Source of the DNA: Raillietiella orientalis
Lineage: Eukaryota
NCBI GenBank assembly: GCA_036172245.1
Contig: JAYWIR010000001.1
Location: 9,362,001 to 9,426,000 of the forward strand
Length of the DNA stretch: 64,000 bases
Reading direction: 5' to 3'
In this document: piece after piece, positions 59,353 through 64,000 of the stretch
Layout: each line of letters opens with the position of its first letter
How positions within the stretch are numbered: the first letter of the stretch is position 1
Translations under genes and position numbers: made by a program
The notes under the pieces: model-generated
What the model was told of the DNA's origin: nothing
Database searches by the model: none
What the model saw: only the letters and a program-made list of their open reading frames with translations

Positions 59353-60900
59353 GATTGTTACCCAGGTGCGTTGGGGACTTTCATTGCAGATGTCATGCTA
59401 GGGCATGTAGCCCTACCAAGGCTGATACTACAACGGACCCGCCATGTCGCCAGTGCGCAGACCAGCGGCGCTCACCTCAGCAGCGGAAGCAGATGGGGGA
59501 AAAAAAAAACAAAAATAAATAAATTAAACCACTCTGGAGGTCAGGTAAGGGGTCATAGTCCGCTGGAGGGAGTGCTCTGCATCCTTTCTAGAATGCAGGC
59601 TAGGTCACTCCGTATATTGTACAAATGGGGCCACCTGGACGCTATCGGTAGAAAGCGAGCTGCGAACAGGATGGCGCTCCTATCGTTGCTTCCCTCGTTG
59701 GCTTCGGTCCACGCCGCCACGATCCTGCTGAAGCGGCAAAGCGCTGCTGGGGCTGCGGCTGGCTGCAGGGCATCCCGCACAGAGAGGGATTTTAAAGCGT
59801 CCCTAGGGAGTTCAAAGGGTCGCAGCAAAGCGTTCCCAGAGGGGCCGGAGGGCAACACAGTTCACTAGGGATTCACGGGGGAGGGATTCACGCTCCCCGC
59901 ACCTTGAGCAGTTGGGGTTCGCACGTCCCCGTGTGCAGTGATGCCGGAGGGCATTGCACGGGAGACCCCAGTGCAACAGCAGCAGCAGCGCCGACTCCTG
60001 CCACTCCAATGCAAAGGTTCGGGTATCCACGAACATCGGGGGACACTCCAGATGTTCCAAAGGGGATATCCAGTAGCTCACCTCAGCGCAACAGTCCATG
60101 GAGTAGCGTACTTTGGGTTGCAGATCCGCGAGCTGCCCCGTCCTCCACTTCCCCAGTCTTTTACTCCTTCCAGAGATGTACGCACTCGCCTCCCATCGGC
60201 CGCCAGTCTACTGCCCATGTGTTACCTGAGGGAGGGCAGCGCTGCAGAGAAGGTGTTTCTTCCTGAACACGCGCTTCTTTCCTGATCTTCAAGGATCTCC
60301 CGAAGCGTGCAGTTGTTGCATCGCAAGGGAATTTCGAGGTGGTGATGGAGTTGTTGGGCGTGGCTGATGCAGTTGCTGTCAGGGGTTCCACCGTGGCGAG
60401 AGGCGGCGCAGAATGCGGGAGAGGCGCACCCTGCATAAGGCACGTTTTGGGTTGGGCGGCATGATGAATGCAATGCGGTGGGTTATGAATCGGGTCTTAT
60501 GATGAGGTTCGGGGTAATAGTAGGGCCGTGGGCACTTTACCCTTGAGGTTGAGGAGAAGGAGGTATGGGGCGCTGATGGGGAGTAGGGCGAGTCATAGGT
60601 AGTATTGGTACAGTACGTTCTTCAGCTCTGTTAATTTCTTATGAGTTGATGATGGATAGGAGCGGCGATGCACGTGGGTAGGCGCGGACTAGGATCGAAG
60701 GTGGGGGTGCTGTTGATACTGTGTCGGTTAGGACAGAAGTTATTGAGATAGGCGCGTGCTCGGTGGTTGCCTGGCGATTCTTCTCAGGGGGAGTCTGCAA
60801 TCCGTTGAGGAATGTAAAGTAGAGATTATGGATGCAAGACCCTTTCCGTAAAGAGCTGACCCTTAAACAAGGAGATTTGCATCCGGAAAATTCCACTCGA
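59353..60900 (-). mobile_element. LINE 3' ~1.5 kb, family A
   Basis: WQESALLLLLHWGLPCNAL..NPNCSRCGERESLP/NCVALRPLWE...IASRWPHLYNIRSDLACILERMQ*, plus hairpins at 59448-59467 and 59399-59415 and the terminal motif at 59353-59385. Confidence 0.75.
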
Positions 60901-61099
60901 AATAGCTGGACGCTTGCTAAACCAGTCACTTTGTCAAGTAAGTTGAATCTTCTTTCCTTTTTTTAATTATAAAAGCTATTTATTATCCCTTTGCAATTTT
61001 GCATTTCTTCCCATCACGAGGCACTGTTTGGTAGGGTTATGGCGAAATAACATAGCAAGCTGCATGTGTCGAAATAAGGCCTGGTCTAGATCTAGAATC

Positions 61100-62200
61100 T
61101 TCATAATTGCAAGAACAAGTGCGAAAGCTTTTTTTTTTGCTCCAGTTTTTTGAGAAACACTTTCGAGAATGTGCCTATCGAAGACGCCTGCAAGTCCATT
61201 GCAAGAAACGGCTCAGGTGGTTACCACTTCCGAAAGACAAAAAGTGTCCTTCACTTAAGGAATCAGTCATTTGCTAATGCGCCTCATTATATTGAAAAAT
61301 TTGTTTTCATGTTCTCGAAAACCTGAAGGTCCAACCCGGGATGGACTCTTTTGTTTTAGCGCGCCCTTACCTTTGCACCTCTTCACTTAAGGTGAAGAAT
61401 ACTCGATCTGAGATCGAAAGAAAGGACTTTTTGTTGTTTCAGGAGTGCGTTTTCCTCCTGAGCGAACTCGTCCTGAGCATCCCCACTTGATCTAGTCTCC
61501 TACCTCGGTGATTCACGAGTCACCTTCCAAACAGCAGGAAGCATCAAACTCCTGCTACCGACTCCTAACTATCGAAACCATAGGCTGTCGGTCAACACGA
61601 GACTCAGCGACCCTGCAAGCTCATTCCCAAGGACTGCAGCCCTAAGTGGCTCTTTTAAGAGTCTCAGAATACGTCTCGATGATGCCAATGTGTACGGGAA
61701 GCGCGACGCTCCCTCTGAGATGCCAGCGAGCAGCGGCCGTCGCTCTAACATTGGGGCTTCCCTTGCAACTCCCTCTGACATCATAAGAGAACGTACAATG
61801 AACTGAGTCCCGTTGCAGGTGAGACCTCCTCCTCACCCGCCGCTGTTGGACTGCAATACCCTTCGTATCACATGGGTGCGTCTAGTGACGGTCTTCCTGA
61901 ACCCGCAGGACACCTCGAGCCTGAGATGACTAATTACGTGCAACCAGTTTCCAGCTTCTGTGGGAACAACAGCCGCAGATCGCATATGCAGCGCATTCAA
62001 ATGGAGGGTGGATGGCAACGGAGAACTCACCTCCCTCCTGTCATCATCAACCGCGAGAGACGGCCGCAGCAAGATAACGGAGGAGCATACATGCATCTCC
62101 GACGAAATGCAAAGGGCCCGCGGGAATTCTCGTCGAGTCCTTTTCCTCTACTTCTCCACACAGATAGTACTATTTTTCCATTTTGGGTGTGCGTGCGTCG
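61100..62200 (+). mobile_element. Older LINE 3' end related to family A
   Basis: HWGFPCNSL (~61750), LLDCNTLRITWVRLVT (cf. LLWERVALRPLWERLAAT), ITEEHTCISDEMQR (cf. IHEEPAGILHRIQR). Confidence 0.55.
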
Positions 62201-62784
62201 GTTCCACCGCAAGCTCGAGAAGCAGTGGAATCCTCCAGAGACTCACCGTTTCGAGCAGATCCGGATAGCCAAGAGCGAATCCTCGTGGCACTGTCTCCAG
62301 CAGCATCTTTTTTGTAATTTTTCATTAAGTGCCTCGAGTAAACCGAGTGAAAGCACGCGTGGTCCAGGTTTAATGAAACTTCTCGTTTTGCCCCCCCCCC
62401 CCCATAGGCTGTTGGAGATTTGTACTTTTTTAAAAAAATAAATAAATAAAAAACAACAACGGGTAGGGTACCAATACAGATTATTGGAAATGATTCGTGT
62501 TAAATGAAATTAAGATTCTTGAAACGGGAATAATCCTGGAAGTCGATCCTGAGACATTGTTCAGCGTATGCATTTCTTGCTTTTCGACAAAATCCTGCCA
62601 CGGAGTTTCTTTCGTCTTCCAAGGCTCATTGCTGTTAAACAAGTCTTTCTCCATTCTGCATGTCTTCCTGACAGCCACGAAGAGTTCGGGTCGATCCTTT
62701 CTGAAAGCAAAAGTTCATTCGTTGGCGCTGGCAAAGGGAACTTTTGCTTGCAGATAGGAATGTTCTGCCACGTGATGCTGAATT

Positions 62785-64000
62785 ATGAAACGAACTCGTC
62801 GACCAGATGCCTTATCTCCTGAATTTTATCAAGCCGCGTGGTCTTTCAAAGATGATATCTACACCGCGACAACCAGTAACCAACTTCCAACGGTTTGTAG
62901 CGAGGTTCTTCCACCATATTCTCCCTTTCCTGATGCTGCTTGGGGAGGCGCGAGGACCCGGACGGTTTCCTTTCCTCTTCCCTCCCCCCCTCCCCCAAGA
63001 GTTGTCGAAAGCCGCGATGCATCCCGATGTGGTTTTTTCTTTTCCTTCCCTGCGCGGCTTTCCGGAAAGCAAGTTGTTGCAGAGTGGATGCTGGCCGTGC
63101 TTTCCGTTCCCGAACCGGTTCCTCCTTGCACCACGCGAGGCTGCCACCACCGCTGGTGGTCTTCCCCACCTACAAGCATGCGTGGAAAGCAAAGGCCTTC
63201 CACAGCCGTGCTCGGGGGCATCGTGAAAGGGGTCGAAGGCCCCGCTCGTTTCCCACTTTCGCGTGAAGCCCAAACGTCAGTAGTGCAACCGTTGCTTTCG
63301 TCTTTCCACCCGAGGGAGCCGAGCATATGGGACGGGGGCACCGGGGGGTCCCGTGGAGATTCGTGATCCTTGTCTTCCCCAGGGATGCCCTCCGTGATGG
63401 ATTCAAACTCCGGCCCACGGCCGTGACGGGAGCTGCCCGAGCGTCGCGCGCCCAGTCGGATTTGCAGTGTGCAGTGGCCCAGGGTGTGCTGTCAAAAGGG
63501 AAAACGAAAAAATTCCAAGAGCCCCGTCTCCCTCCGCAAGAAAAACTTCAGATTCAGTAGAAACAGTTGAATTTCGAGTATGCTTTGAGTACTTATTGGA
63601 AGTATTTTCGCTAAAACTCTTGTCCTAAGGGCGTTGAAAGCAGTCTGTATTGTGTTGAGGTTTCCCAATAGTTAATCTGCATTTGGCTGGGATCGGTCAA
63701 GCACATATCAATACATTCCTTATGATTTGCAGCCCCCATCACGGGAAATAATTGAGTAAAGATGGCTTCTACCAGGACATACTCTAGTCTTGGAATAGTT
63801 ACAGGAGTTTTTCTTTTGATAGGTATGGTTCACAGTTTGGGGAAATAAAAATGTGTGCGTTGGGATGAATTTCATAGCATTCATTTAAAGGAAATGGTTT
63901 TGTTCACCATTTAATAAACCATTAGTACAGTAAACTAGCCGTACACATGTGTTTTCCAATATTACACCAAATGTAATGTGGTGTAATGTTATGCTGTGGT
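62785..64000 (+). mobile_element. LINE RT N-half fossil split by a ~600-nt GC-rich insertion; runs off the window
   Basis: RRPDALSPEFYQAAWSFKDDI (~62800; cf. PGPDGLxPEFYxxxWxxIKxDI), then after 63540 IFAKTLVLRALK and *SAFGWDRS (cf. ILAKxLANRLK, QSAFxxGRS). Confidence 0.65.

Overview
Eukaryotic, repeat-saturated DNA with no intact protein-coding gene that I can support. A U2 snRNA 5' fragment of the ATCGCTTC...GATCAAAG type suggests an invertebrate animal host (inference). Most of the 64 kb reads, by eye, as about 30 stop- and frameshift-riddled fossils of L1/Tx1-type LINE ORF2 (APE endonuclease, RT, C-terminal CCHC/zf-RVT motifs), broken up by homopolymer and microsatellite expansions. The long, old fossils in the left ~38 kb all lie on the minus strand. 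Superimposed on them are five things: (1) a younger family of 5'-truncated LINE 3' ends, seven of which share a structured, poly(A)-less terminus with covarying hairpins; (2) two copies of a tRNA-headed SINE-like element carrying an internal ~40-bp minisatellite; (3) an AT-rich foldback element; (4) a related 131-bp MITE with perfect 14-bp TIRs; (5) a 32-nt tailless U2 retrocopy flanked by a 13-bp direct repeat. The long GC-rich ORFs in the track look spurious. Fossil boundaries are approximate (about +/-100-300 nt), and all motif matches are manual, not database searches. I found no CRISPR array, rRNA, intact tRNA or intact transposase.
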